From NCBI RefSeq assembly GCF_009914755.1, contig NC_060931.1: 64,000 nucleotides of DNA; one strand, given 5' to 3'. The notes under the pieces were generated by a model. That model was not told the DNA's origin. It saw only the letters and a program-made list of their open reading frames with translations, and ran no database searches. This DNA is from the human T2T-CHM13v2.0 reference genome, Homo sapiens. Made by a program: the position numbers and the translations under genes. This document shows positions 14,180 through 25,432 of this stretch, in pieces (within the stretch, counting starts at the first letter, position 1; each line of letters opens with the position of its first letter).

Positions 14180-14720
14180 TATAGGGGCATTTAGCAGGGT
14201 TACTGAAATACAGTTCACATGGTGTAACACTCACTCATTTTTGAGTGTAAAACTCAATACCTCAATCCAATTTGAGAACACTTTCTTACCACTAAAAGAT
14301 ACCTTGTGTCCATTTGCAGTGACTTCCTGTTGTCTTTCTTTCTGTGTAACTAGATTTGTCCTTTCTGAACATTTCATAGTAATGAAATCACCCAATCACA
14401 CAAAAATGTGGTCTTTTGTGACTAGCATCATTAATGTAGTATAGAGTTTTTGAGATTCATCTAAGTGTTGGCATGTATTATGTCTTCCAATGCATGAATA
14501 TGGATATCTGTACATTTATTTATATATTTTTAAAAAATTCTAAGCAATATTTTATAGATTTTTATGTACACATTTCTGTACTTCTTTAGTTAAAATTAAT
14601 CTCAAGTATATTTTATTTTTCATGAGATTGATAATTGAAATATATTTGTAGTTTACTTTTAGATTATTCATTAGTAGTATGTAGAAGGAACAGTGTTGTT
14701 ATCCATTTAAAATGATTTTG
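14180..14720 (-). mobile_element. Degraded L1M fragments (3' end and ORF2)
   Basis: ttactgaaatacagttcacat, tagatttgtcctttctgaacatttcata, ttttagattattcattagtagtatgtagaa. Confidence 0.55.
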
Positions 14721-14769
14721 TAGATGAAGGAGACTTATATTGGAAAGTATACTGGACAAGTAGTCAAAA

Positions 14770-15050
14770 TTTTATATATATCTATGAAATATATAAAAAT
14801 ATTTAAATATTTATATGTAAGTATATAGAGACAGTGTGTATAGTACAGTGTATATATAAGTATAGAGTATATACTGTATAGTAAACTAAGACTATATATA
14901 TACTATATATAATTCTGACTATATGTGTGTGTGTATATATATATGCATATATATATAGCTAAATTTATACTTTATAATAAAATTATATAGTATGGTTATT
15001 TTAACATATTTTATTATATATAAAATTATAAAGTATAGATTTAGGTATAG
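14770..15050. repeat. (TA)/(TG)-rich low-complexity tract containing a 25-bp inverted repeat
   Basis: TA-dinucleotide-rich run; arms 14954-14978 and 15025-15049 match at 23/25 positions. Confidence 0.8.
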
Positions 15051-15606
15051 AAAATCTTAGCAGATTTTTGATGACTATGAACATCTGGCAGGTTATTCAA
15101 AGCTTTATAGGTTAAAGAAACTATTTAGTGTTTGTGATTCTGGCATATCTAATTCTAGGAATATCCCTCACCAATCATTATGGCAATCACAAAATATCCT
15201 ATTACTTTGAAAAATTCTTAGAAGATATTATTGTGCTCTCCTGCGAATCACTATAAAGCTTACAATGCAGTGTCAGAGCCTCTGTTCCCAGACAGTGAGT
15301 GTGTCATTCATTAGTGCCGAGAACAGTACCTGGCATGTAAATCATTCAATATGTCTGTTAAATTACTGATTTTTAATGAAAAACTTGGAGCTTTCCAATG
15401 ACAAATTCACCATCTTATTGAGATGATTTCATGAATGGGACCGTATCTATATTTACTGCATTATTTGGGTATTGGTGCTTTCTATACAAGGGGTATAGAT
15501 TTCCTTTTACAGGTCGGAGAAATGAAGACCAAGGAGTTTAAATGACAGAACTTTATATTTTTAATTGAGGAGAAATCTCAATTTGATTTAAAACATCTTT
15601 GTTGAT

Positions 15607-15673
15607 TTTGGTTGAGATCATTTGGTTGAGATCATTGAGATTATTTAGTTGAGGTCATTGAGATTATTTAGTT
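15607..15673. repeat. Short compound tandem repeat (ttggttgagatcat x2; tgagatcattgagattatttagt-like x2)
   Basis: Visible directly in the sequence. Confidence 0.75.
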
Positions 15674-15959
15674 TATTCTGCCAATTTGAAAACAAGTCCC
15701 CTCCTTCTATAGCATCATTCACATGATTACCTAAGCTGCTCAAAAATTTCCACTGAAGTAGTTAATATACTTAAAAGAGAGAAATACTTGTATAAGTAAC
15801 CCTTTTTTGATGGGAAGTATGCATTTTTAAAAAGTAAAAAGATTTTGTGCCTCGTTGTATCTAATCATACTTAGTCAGCTGTTTCTCTTCTGGAAGAGTA
15901 TAATTTGCTTCCAATATTAAAATAATAGCTTCTTAAATAAGAAAACTCAACTGTAATGT

Positions 15960-16145
15960 TTCTCTTTTGTATTCATTTCTCCAGGCAAAATAAAACGTAG
16001 TTCTTCAACTTTCTTGATTTAGTTTTATTTTTAATCTTTAACCAGCATGGTCACATTCTTTTAAACTGTTTAGATCATTGACAGCCTTTTAAAAATATCA
16101 TAGCCTTCTTAAAATTAAATATAGTACTCTAAATGTGTTTTTAGT
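15960..16145 (-). mobile_element. CR1/L3 LINE fragment
   Basis: ttctccaggcaaaataaaacgtagttcttcaact...accagcatggtc...aatatagtactctaaatgtg follows the antisense L3 RT region. Confidence 0.55.
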
Positions 16146-18924
16146 GGAACTCGTGCGATCTTTTTTTTAATCAAGAATCACATCATGTTGTAGATGTTTA
16201 TCTGTTTATATGTCCTTACTATACTAGACACTACTTGATGACAAATACTTTATCTTAGTTATCTCTGCATAAGGAGTAGAAATAAAGTACTGAAATGTGT
16301 TAACATCTTTATATACTATGAAACCATGCTTTCATATTTAGCTCTGATGTTCAATTATGGAAGATGGAGATGTTGACACCCTTTTCAATAAGGCAATGTA
16401 AAATTATTCTTGCCATATGTTTTATTATATCAATTGCTTATACTTGTGATGTAATTGAGCACAGATTTGCTTAATTCAGGATGTAAAAATTACTGTTTTG
16501 TTATTTAAAAAAAACAAAATGAGTGAATAGAAAAGATAATGGTTCCTAAAACAATCAGTACTCGCAAACCTTAGACGTAGTTGCTTAATCATAATTTTCT
16601 TTTTCTGAACATCACCAGAAATGAATTCATTAAAGTTTTCCATAACATTTGGTTCTGCAGAAAAAAACTAACATAATATCCATAAATTTAACAAACACAA
16701 ACTTTTTATATATGTCTAATTTTGTGGTGTCAGTATTTCATTCATTGCTATTTATTGCTTTCATTAATTGCCATTTTTAAGACTTCCTCCTCTGAGCCTA
16801 GATGCTTGTGGTAAACCTTTTCAGTATTCACCATACTTGTACCCCCTCATCTTTAGAACAATAAGAAACTTTCCTACTTAGACATATTGTTCAAATTATG
16901 TTTACCTGAAAGCCTCTTGCTTATTTTTAAGGCATCCCTAATTTTTTGGTAAGAAAATTTCTTTTTTATATTTCTTACATTCAAAACTGGCACTTGTTTC
17001 AGAATTCACCATTTTGTTATTCTTGGTTTTGGTCGTGGGGGTGCATATTTGCTTTCCACTGCCTTCTCTGTATTCAGTTTTTACATCTCTCTCAGAGCAT
17101 CAATCTCATTATCTGACGTAAGCAAACATTTTTTTCCCCTTACTCAACACTAATTGTCATCGGGGGAAGTGCTACTACATTTGTATTCAGGAACCAGGAA
17201 TTCTGATATCCTGTAAATCCCATATTTCTTGAAAGGAATAATACCAATAACAAAGAGGAAGTGGGGCAGTACAAATGGATCCAGCAAATGAGAATGTGTG
17301 GCCAAATGCAAGGTAAGAGGGCAACTTAAATGTATTAGGTTACATATTGAATCAATTTTAAAGCATGCAAAATGTAGTGGCACTATCAATAGTTGTTGAG
17401 ATGAAGTTTTGATTATATAAACTTTATACATTTTTGCTAATATCAGTGTAATGTCTGTGAATTAAAGTCAGCACGGATTAAATTTAGAATAGTAAGGATA
17501 AATGTGAGTCTACAATTTTCAAGAAAGAATGATTACATTCAGTATTATAATTTATGTACAAAATGATCATAGATATTCCATAGATATTCAAGATACTAAC
17601 TATAAGTAAGGTTGTTCTTTATAAAAGCCTATTCATCCAGCTTGTTACTACTATGTGTTAATGGCTGATTGTAGCCAGAAAGAAATAATCTTATATTTAT
17701 GTATTGGCAAAGCTTACAAGAATGAGCAGAAATAGAGTGGAATAATATTTTGAAAAAATAGTAGCTGTGCCATCCCAAAGGCTACTACATCTCATGAGCA
17801 AAACACCAAAAAGTACACTGTACACTGAGAATCAATCTAGTCTTAGCAGGAGGATTCAACAGCTTACAATGGGTGACAATATTTTAATTATTTTCTTTAA
17901 AAATATGGTTGGCACTTAAATTTATTCTCAGGTGTCTGTCAGGTACCATTTTTTATAAAAATTCTAGTTAACAATTAAGAAAGGTAAGATAGTGGTTGGG
18001 AGTGAATTATTGACTTATGTAACCCTCAAATAAATTATTCCTTTTATCCATATCAGATTGACATTAATTTTTTTCAAGCATTTTGGAGTAATCACATTTA
18101 GTTGTATGTGTTGTTATTAACAGTTATGATATGATTTACACATATGGGAAGATTGTCAATTTACAAACAAATACATCTAAAATGATAAACAAATAATTTT
18201 GAAAAAAACTATGCATTTCTTAGTTAAGCCTATCTTGGAAAAATAAAAATAAATTTAAAAAAGCATTTCTGTGGTTTTGTGATCTGTTTGGTTTTGTGCT
18301 TTTTGTTTTTGAATTGCTTTTCATGTTGTCTCATATATTAATATTTTTATCCCCATGAGCGAATCTCTGAGGTTGTTCCTGTAGCTACAAAATCCAAATA
18401 CGGTTTTCATCAAATATAGCATCCAAGCCTCTGTGCAGAGAAACAAGACTACTCAATTTCTCGCCTGATTTGTATTTAGCTTACTCAGGAGGTTTTAAGT
18501 GGCACAAGAAACCATTGAAAAAATAATTCCTGAAAAAATACATTATGTATTATTTGTTCTGCCCCAAAACGACTTTACTCACCACAATATTAGGGAAGCC
18601 ACTTTTTCCTTATGGTTTCTTTGACTCTGCAAGACCTTAGGGTATAAACTTTTCTTTAAAATATAGGTGCAAATATAGAAGCAAATACATAAAATGAACA
18701 AACATGTTTATACACACAAGAGCCAGAGAAACTGGATACTCAGTTGAAGAACACTATCATAGTTATCATAATTACTTATTGAGCAAAATTAAATAAAGTA
18801 GAAAGAATTTTCCTAGATTCTATTCAAGTCAGTTGAATTACAATTTCACAAATGAACAATGTATGAAGTGGCATCTCAAATAAGACTTTTACTAGGTTAC
18901 ACCAATACATTCAAAATAGTATTA

Positions 18925-19066
18925 TTCAATATACAATCAACATAGGGAATATTGATACAATAATTGTTGTACTAAGTCTTTGGAACCGAGTGTGTATTTT
19001 ACACTTAGAGCACAACTCAATTTGAGAGAGCCACATGTGGGTAGTGGGTACTACATTGAACCATAG
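18925..19066 (+). mobile_element. MER33 (hAT-Charlie) 3' part
   Basis: tactaagtctttggaaccgagtgtgtattttacacttagagcacaactcaa...gccacatgtgggtagtgggtactacattg. Confidence 0.8.
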
Positions 19067-19754
19067 AATATTAGAATGTTTTAGAAAATGAATATTCATA
19101 ATTATCATTTTCTGCAGGTAATTAACAGTAATGCTAAAAGAAAGTGTGGAAGACAAGGAGGTTGTTCTTTTAACAAGGCATATCAGAAGCACAGGGAGAT
19201 TTTTCAAAGTACATATTACCATGCACTCCCCAAACTTGAGGAAGAACCACTTGAGGGGCAGGAGTTGCTTAGGAGTAAGCATATTAATTTCTACCTTCTT
19301 CAACATCTAACATTTAAAAAAATTGCTGGTGCACAGTGTTGCATTTATTAATGGAAGGGTAAAGTATGCTTTAGGTGGTTGTGCAAAAATTCAAGAATGA
19401 ATAACCTAGTATGAAAACTGAACTGAAAATGTGTAAATGTATATGAACCAAGAAATCCATAGGATTTAGTTGAAGAACACTATCATAGTTAAGAAAGCAC
19501 AGGGAGAGAAGGGAATTTAGATACATATCAGACATTTTACTTGTATTACTTGATGGGGTCGGACATACATAGTACACAGAAAATCTTATGAAACCCTTGC
19601 TTTGCTCTTCCTCAACTATCTGGCTACCCCAATCCTCTTTTCCCCAGTCTCACTACCTAAAACTGAAATAAGCCCAGAAACACCAGTAGCTGAGCTTACA
19701 TGGGTGCTCAAAAACTCCTAATTTCTCTTCATCTTTTTCATCTCTCCTTCCATA

Positions 19755-19832
19755 ATCAATTCCTTCTTTCCTTCCTTCCTTTTCCTTTTCCTTTTCTTCT
19801 CTCTCTCTCTTTTTTTCTCTTTCTCTCTCATT
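19755..19832. repeat. Polypyrimidine (CT-rich) tract
   Basis: tccttctttccttccttccttttccttttccttttcttctctctctctc. Confidence 0.85.
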
Positions 19833-20854
19833 ATCTTAACATATCCTCCTGGTCAATCTTGGTAAACATGTAGATCCCAGCTGAGTAATGACATTATCTG
19901 ATGCCCTTAATTCTCCATCTTTTGTTTCCTCAACTTCATTTATCAGTTCCAAATCCCTCTTTTCTTCTTCTTCAGATAAAAATGTGAGTAATTCACGTTT
20001 GCCTGGAGGTATTTTCAGATACAGGTGAACTTTCGGCAAATGTTGTGTCTGGAAAATGGATAACTTTCAGATGAAAGAGTGCATCACAATTGTCATTTAA
20101 TCCTTTCCTCCTACCATTCGTGGGAGAATTTCCCTTCCCTCCACAGTATAATCTCTGAAATATGTAATGGATTAATGTCATAATGACTACAGCACTCCTC
20201 ATTGTGGACCATGCAGGTTACCCAAGAGGCATATTAGAGACTTTTGTCTCCAACCTTCCCTGGCTCTGGCCAATCCTGATCAAGCTCAGGGATCCCCTTC
20301 ACTCCATTTGCTTGCGTCTTTCTTACTGAAGAGAAATGTAAAGAGAAGGAGCCATCCTAGCTTCACAATGCCTTATTTTTCTTGAATGTCAGATTAGTAC
20401 ACTGTTAGCTGATTTGACTCCCTGATGAAAAATTAAGTTTTGTTTTCTTAGCCTAAATCATATTCAGCAACAGTAAGAATTATTCATTCCTGAACTTACA
20501 CTAACCATATTCAAGTTCAGCTGATGTAGTTCCTGGTTTCCCAATTGCGTCCTAAAACCCCAGGGATATGTCGTGACTATTTTATTTAACAAAAATATAA
20601 AGGCAGAGGGCTTTTCACTCTGTTGCTGATGTTGTCTATAAATTGGTCACATCATTTTCAGACTCCAATTATGTTTCCCTGAGCTTTCTCTAGTATAGCC
20701 ACACAGGCCTGCAACGAGATCAGCCTTTATGCCTCAGATTCCAAAGCAGCCCTTAATGTGGAGTCTTGCACATTTGTAGATAGTTCAGTTCCTCATGCTT
20801 CTGTGCGGCTTTCTGCTCTGTAAATGACATTGTCCTTTACCATGAACTTTTCTG

Positions 20855-22030
20855 TTTTTTAGACTTTTAAAAATGCAGTTTTAGGTTTATAGCAAAATTG
20901 AAAGGAAGATACAAACATGTCCTATATAATATCTGCCCTCACACAAACATAGCATCCCCCATCATCACTATCCCCACCAAAGTGGTTCATTTGTTACAAC
21001 TGATGAACATACCTTGACATACCATTATCACTGAAAATCAATAGTTTGTATTAGGGTTCACTCTGATATTCTATATTCTGTAGGTTTGGACAAATGTATA
21101 ATGACATGTATCCACCATCATAGCAATATGGACTGGAGGCAGGGAAATGCTAAGTAAAAGAGGGTGGACCCTAGGAAGGCCCCACCCTCAAGCTTGGAAC
21201 TGCAACCCAAAGTGAGAATTTCACATCCTTGTTTTCCCTCTTAAATGTTGCCTTCTCCAAAAGCACCGTGGCCTGCCCTACTCCCAAGCCTGTACCCATA
21301 AAACCCCAGGCTCCACTGGCAGAAGAGCAGCAGAGAAGGAGAGAAGAGAAGCAGCCAGACATCAGAGAGAAGCAGCTTGACAACCGAGGGATGGCTTGAT
21401 GGTGGGACTTTGGAGAAGAGCCTGGCTGGGGAGGGCCACACTCCAGGGGAAGACCACCTTCCTGCTCCATCCCCTCTCCAGCTCTGCTTCCCACTGAAAG
21501 TCACTTTCATCAGCAATAAAATCCTTTGTATTCACTACACTCCAATTCCTTCCTGTGACTTAAATCTTCCTGGAGGCCAAACAAGAGCTTGGGAGCCACA
21601 GGGGCAGACAGTTGAGCTGTTTAACATTTAAGCTGTCAACAGATGGCAAAGCTAAAACAGCACTGTAACACACCCCCTCTGAGGCTCCAGGGGTTGCAGG
21701 TACCCCCCTAGATGCTGCCGTGGAGCTGCACAGAGTTCTGCTCCTGCTGGCACCCAGAAGCACTAGTCCCAGCTCCTGCACCCGCTCAACTGCATTCTCC
21801 CCCTCCTGCCAGAGGTTAAGAACTGCAGGCTGAGTAAGCAAAAATTCGTGTTTCAGTATTAACATTCAAAGTAGTTTCACTGCCCTAAAAATCCTGTGTT
21901 CTGCCTGTTTATCTCTGCATGCACCCAGTCCCTGGGAAACACTGTTTTGTTTTTTGTTGTTGTCGGGTTTTTTTGTTTTTTTTTTTTTTTTTTTTTTACT
22001 GTTTCCACTTGCATTGTTTTGCCATGCCAT
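20855..22030 (-). mobile_element. L1MC1-like 3' end, interrupted by an LTR at 21124-21855
   Basis: gcagttttaggtttatagcaaaattga...ttagggttcactct...ggtttggacaaatgtataatgacatgtatccacca, resuming tagtttcactgccctaaaaatcct; internal T-tract expansion at 21945-21997. Confidence 0.88.
21124..21855 (+). mobile_element. ERV1 solo LTR of the LTR1/LTR27/LTR28 group
   Basis: ggaggcagggaaat...ggccccaccctcaagc...cctgtacccataaaaccccaggctcc...ctccaggggaagac...caataaaatcc...tttca. Confidence 0.85.
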
Positions 22031-22152
22031 GAACTTTTAAAATAAAAACATATAGAAATCAAAATTCCTTCATGAGGTAGCATTCCCTAGAAAATACATT
22101 TTCTTTTTTTTCTTTACTAAAAGTATCACTTTTGAATGAAAATACAATGTGT

Positions 22153-22541
22153 TGATATGGTTTTCATTTCTCTCCCCACCCCCCCAATCTCATGTGGAAT
22201 TGTAATCCCCAGTGTTGGAGGAGCAGTCTGGTGGGAGGTGATTGGATCATGGGGTCGGATTTCCCCTTTCCTGTTCTTGTGATAGTGAGTGAGTTCTCAC
22301 AAGATCTGGTTGTTTAAAGGCATGTAGCAACTCCCCCTTCACTGTTGCTTCCTTCTGCTTTGGCCATGTAAGACGTGCCTCCTTCCTCTTCACCCTCTGC
22401 CATGATTTACCTAGGCCTCCTCAGCCATGTTTCCTGTATAGCCTGCAGAACTGTAAGCCAATTAAACCTCTTTTTTTTTTTTTTTAGAAATTACCCAGTG
22501 TCATGTAGTTCTTTACAGAAACGTGATAATGAACTAACACA
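22153..22541 (+). mobile_element. MSTA-type MaLR solo LTR
   Basis: tgatatgg...gaattgtaatccccagtgttggag...cctgtatagcctgcagaactgtaagccaattaaacctc...ctaacaca; AATGT on both flanks. Confidence 0.93.
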
Positions 22542-22620
22542 AATGTCTTGTTAAGACTTTTAAAAAATTATAAACCATTAATAAATGAAGAGAAAAACTT
22601 TATTTATTGGAAGGATCCTT

Positions 22621-23049
22621 TGTATTTATTTTATTTCAAATTGTATTTTAGGTTCAGAGTTACATGTTCAGGTTTGTTACATAGGCAAATTGTATGTCTC
22701 GGGGGCTTGGTGTAGATTGTTTCATTACTCAGGTAATAAGCATAGTGTCTCATAGGTAGTTTTTCAATCCTCCTCCCACCCTGCACCCTCAAGTAGGCCC
22801 TGGTGTTTGTTGTTCCCTTCTTTGTTTCCATATGTACTCAATGTTTAGCTCCCACTTATAAATGAGAAATGTTGTATTTGTTTTTCTGTTCCTACGTTAG
22901 TTTGCATATAACCAGCTCCATCCATATTGTGGCAAATATCATGATCTCATTCTTTTTTATGGCTGCATAGTATTCCATGGTGTATATATACATTTTCTTT
23001 ATCTGGTATACCATTGATGGGCATTTAGGCTGATTCCATGTCTTTGCTA
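22621..23049 (-). mobile_element. L1PA15/16-like 3' end
   Basis: caggtttgttacataggcaaattg, caagtaggccctggtgt, tttagctcccacttata, ggctgcatagtattccatggtgtata. Confidence 0.9.
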
Positions 23050-23455
23050 ATCAAAACTCATTTCTCCCATTCTTTCTTCGGAGCATTTTCTCTTATTCTT
23101 TGGCATGCCTCAAGCTCACCACACTCCTTGCTCTACTCAGCCCTCTGGGAAATATGATGTAAGTTTTCTTTTATCCATGTTTTTCTCATAAGAAACATTC
23201 CATGGGCCTGTTATCTTCTCCATCACTTATCCGTCTACTTTGGACCTTAAGGTGGTAGTAATGAAACAAAGCATGTGGAAATAAAACTAATTTTCTTCTC
23301 ACCTCTATGCATAAAACCTGTTGTTATACCCAAAGCCAGCAAAGTTGATTTGAGCAATTTTCAAACTCCCTAATGAAGATTGGGACATGTTTCCACAGTA
23401 AGAAGAAGGAACAGGATGGGATTGAAGTCTTTGTACTTCTTTAGAGATGTGCATC

Positions 23456-23995
23456 TATTATGGTTGGAATTGGATCCTGCAAAAATATATATGACTTTAT
23501 ATGTTAAAGTCATAACTCCAGGGCCTCAGAATGTGACCTTATTTGGAAATAGGGTAGTTGCAGATGTAATTAGTTAAGATGAGGTTATATGGAAGTAGGG
23601 TGGGCCACTAATCCAATAGAACTGGTGTCTCTATAAAAAAGAGGAAATTTAAACACAAACATACACAAGTAGAACATCATTTGAATGTGAAGGCAGATTC
23701 TAGGTGATATGTCTATTAGATTGGTGCAAAAGTAATTGCAGTTTTTGCCATTAAAAGTAATTGCAAAAACTGCAATTGCTTTTGCACCAACCTAATACAA
23801 ACAAGTCAAGGAATAGCAAAGATTGCCAACAGACCACTAGACACTAGGAGAGGGGCATAAATAATGTTCTCTTTCATAGACCTCAGAAGGAACCAATCCT
23901 GTTGACACTTTTATCTTGGACCTCTGGCCTCTATAAGTTTCTGTTGTTTAAGCCATCCAGTTTGTGGTACTTTTTTACAGAAACCCATGCAAATG
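23456..23995 (+). mobile_element. MLT1B/C-type MaLR solo LTR, interrupted by MADE1
   Basis: cctcagaatgtgaccttatttggaaataggg, cagatgtaattagttaagatgagg, tttctgttgtttaagccatccagtttgtggtac. Confidence 0.9.
23716..23795. mobile_element. MADE1 MITE (Hsmar1-derived, 80-bp palindrome) with TA TSD
   Basis: TA-ttagattggtgcaaaagtaattgcagtttttgcca-ttaaaagtaa-ttgcaaaaactgcaattgcttttgcaccaacctaa-TA. Confidence 0.97.
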
Positions 23996-24345
23996 AGCTC
24001 CATGGACGCCAGGCTTTAAAAGATAAGTAGCACTCAAATATATTTTTTTTGTTAATTTGTGTTTTTGTGTTTTCAATACTAATTAAACCATATATTGAAG
24101 CAACAAATAATTGGAAAATAAATTTATATAGAAAGGAACTTAATTTTAGGAACCAGAAATTTGAAGATATGCTTATCAGGGTGGGGGTCTGATAATAATT
24201 GTTTTCAGTCTGTAATTATCCATATAATTTAATGAAAAAATACAGAATGCCAAGTCACAGGAATTTTACTTATGTAGGTCTGTATCAGGGCCAGAAGAAA
24301 TTGAGATTTTGGACAAGGATCCTGGTGATCTTGATAGAGATGCAT

Positions 24346-25288
<943 letters not shown>

Positions 25289-25339
25289 GACCCAAGTTTG
25301 AGAAATGCCCTTTACTATAGGTAGTATTTTATTTATTTT

Positions 25340-25432
25340 ATTTTTTTTCCTCCTTCTCCTCTTCCTTTTCCTCCTTTTCCTCTTCCTTTTCCTCCTCTTC
25401 CTCCTTCCTCTTCTTTTTCTTCTTTTTCTCTT
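25340..25432. repeat. Polypyrimidine (TCC/TTCC) tract
   Basis: About 90 nt of only C and T. Confidence 0.9.

Noticed and set aside
19836-20039. Acidic 67-aa ORF (SEEEEKRDLELINEVEETKDGE) that looks protein-like
   Set aside because: The E/K richness follows from the purine-rich strand opposite a polypyrimidine tract. No recognisable homology and no convincing minus-strand splice sites.
21171-21865. Cluster of overlapping 84-107-aa ORFs
   Set aside because: All lie in a GC-rich ERV1 solo LTR, where stop codons are rare.
21945-21997. Possible orphan poly-A insertion with actgttt TSD
   Set aside because: It sits where the L1MC1 consensus already has actgatctttttactgt, so T-tract expansion is the simpler explanation.
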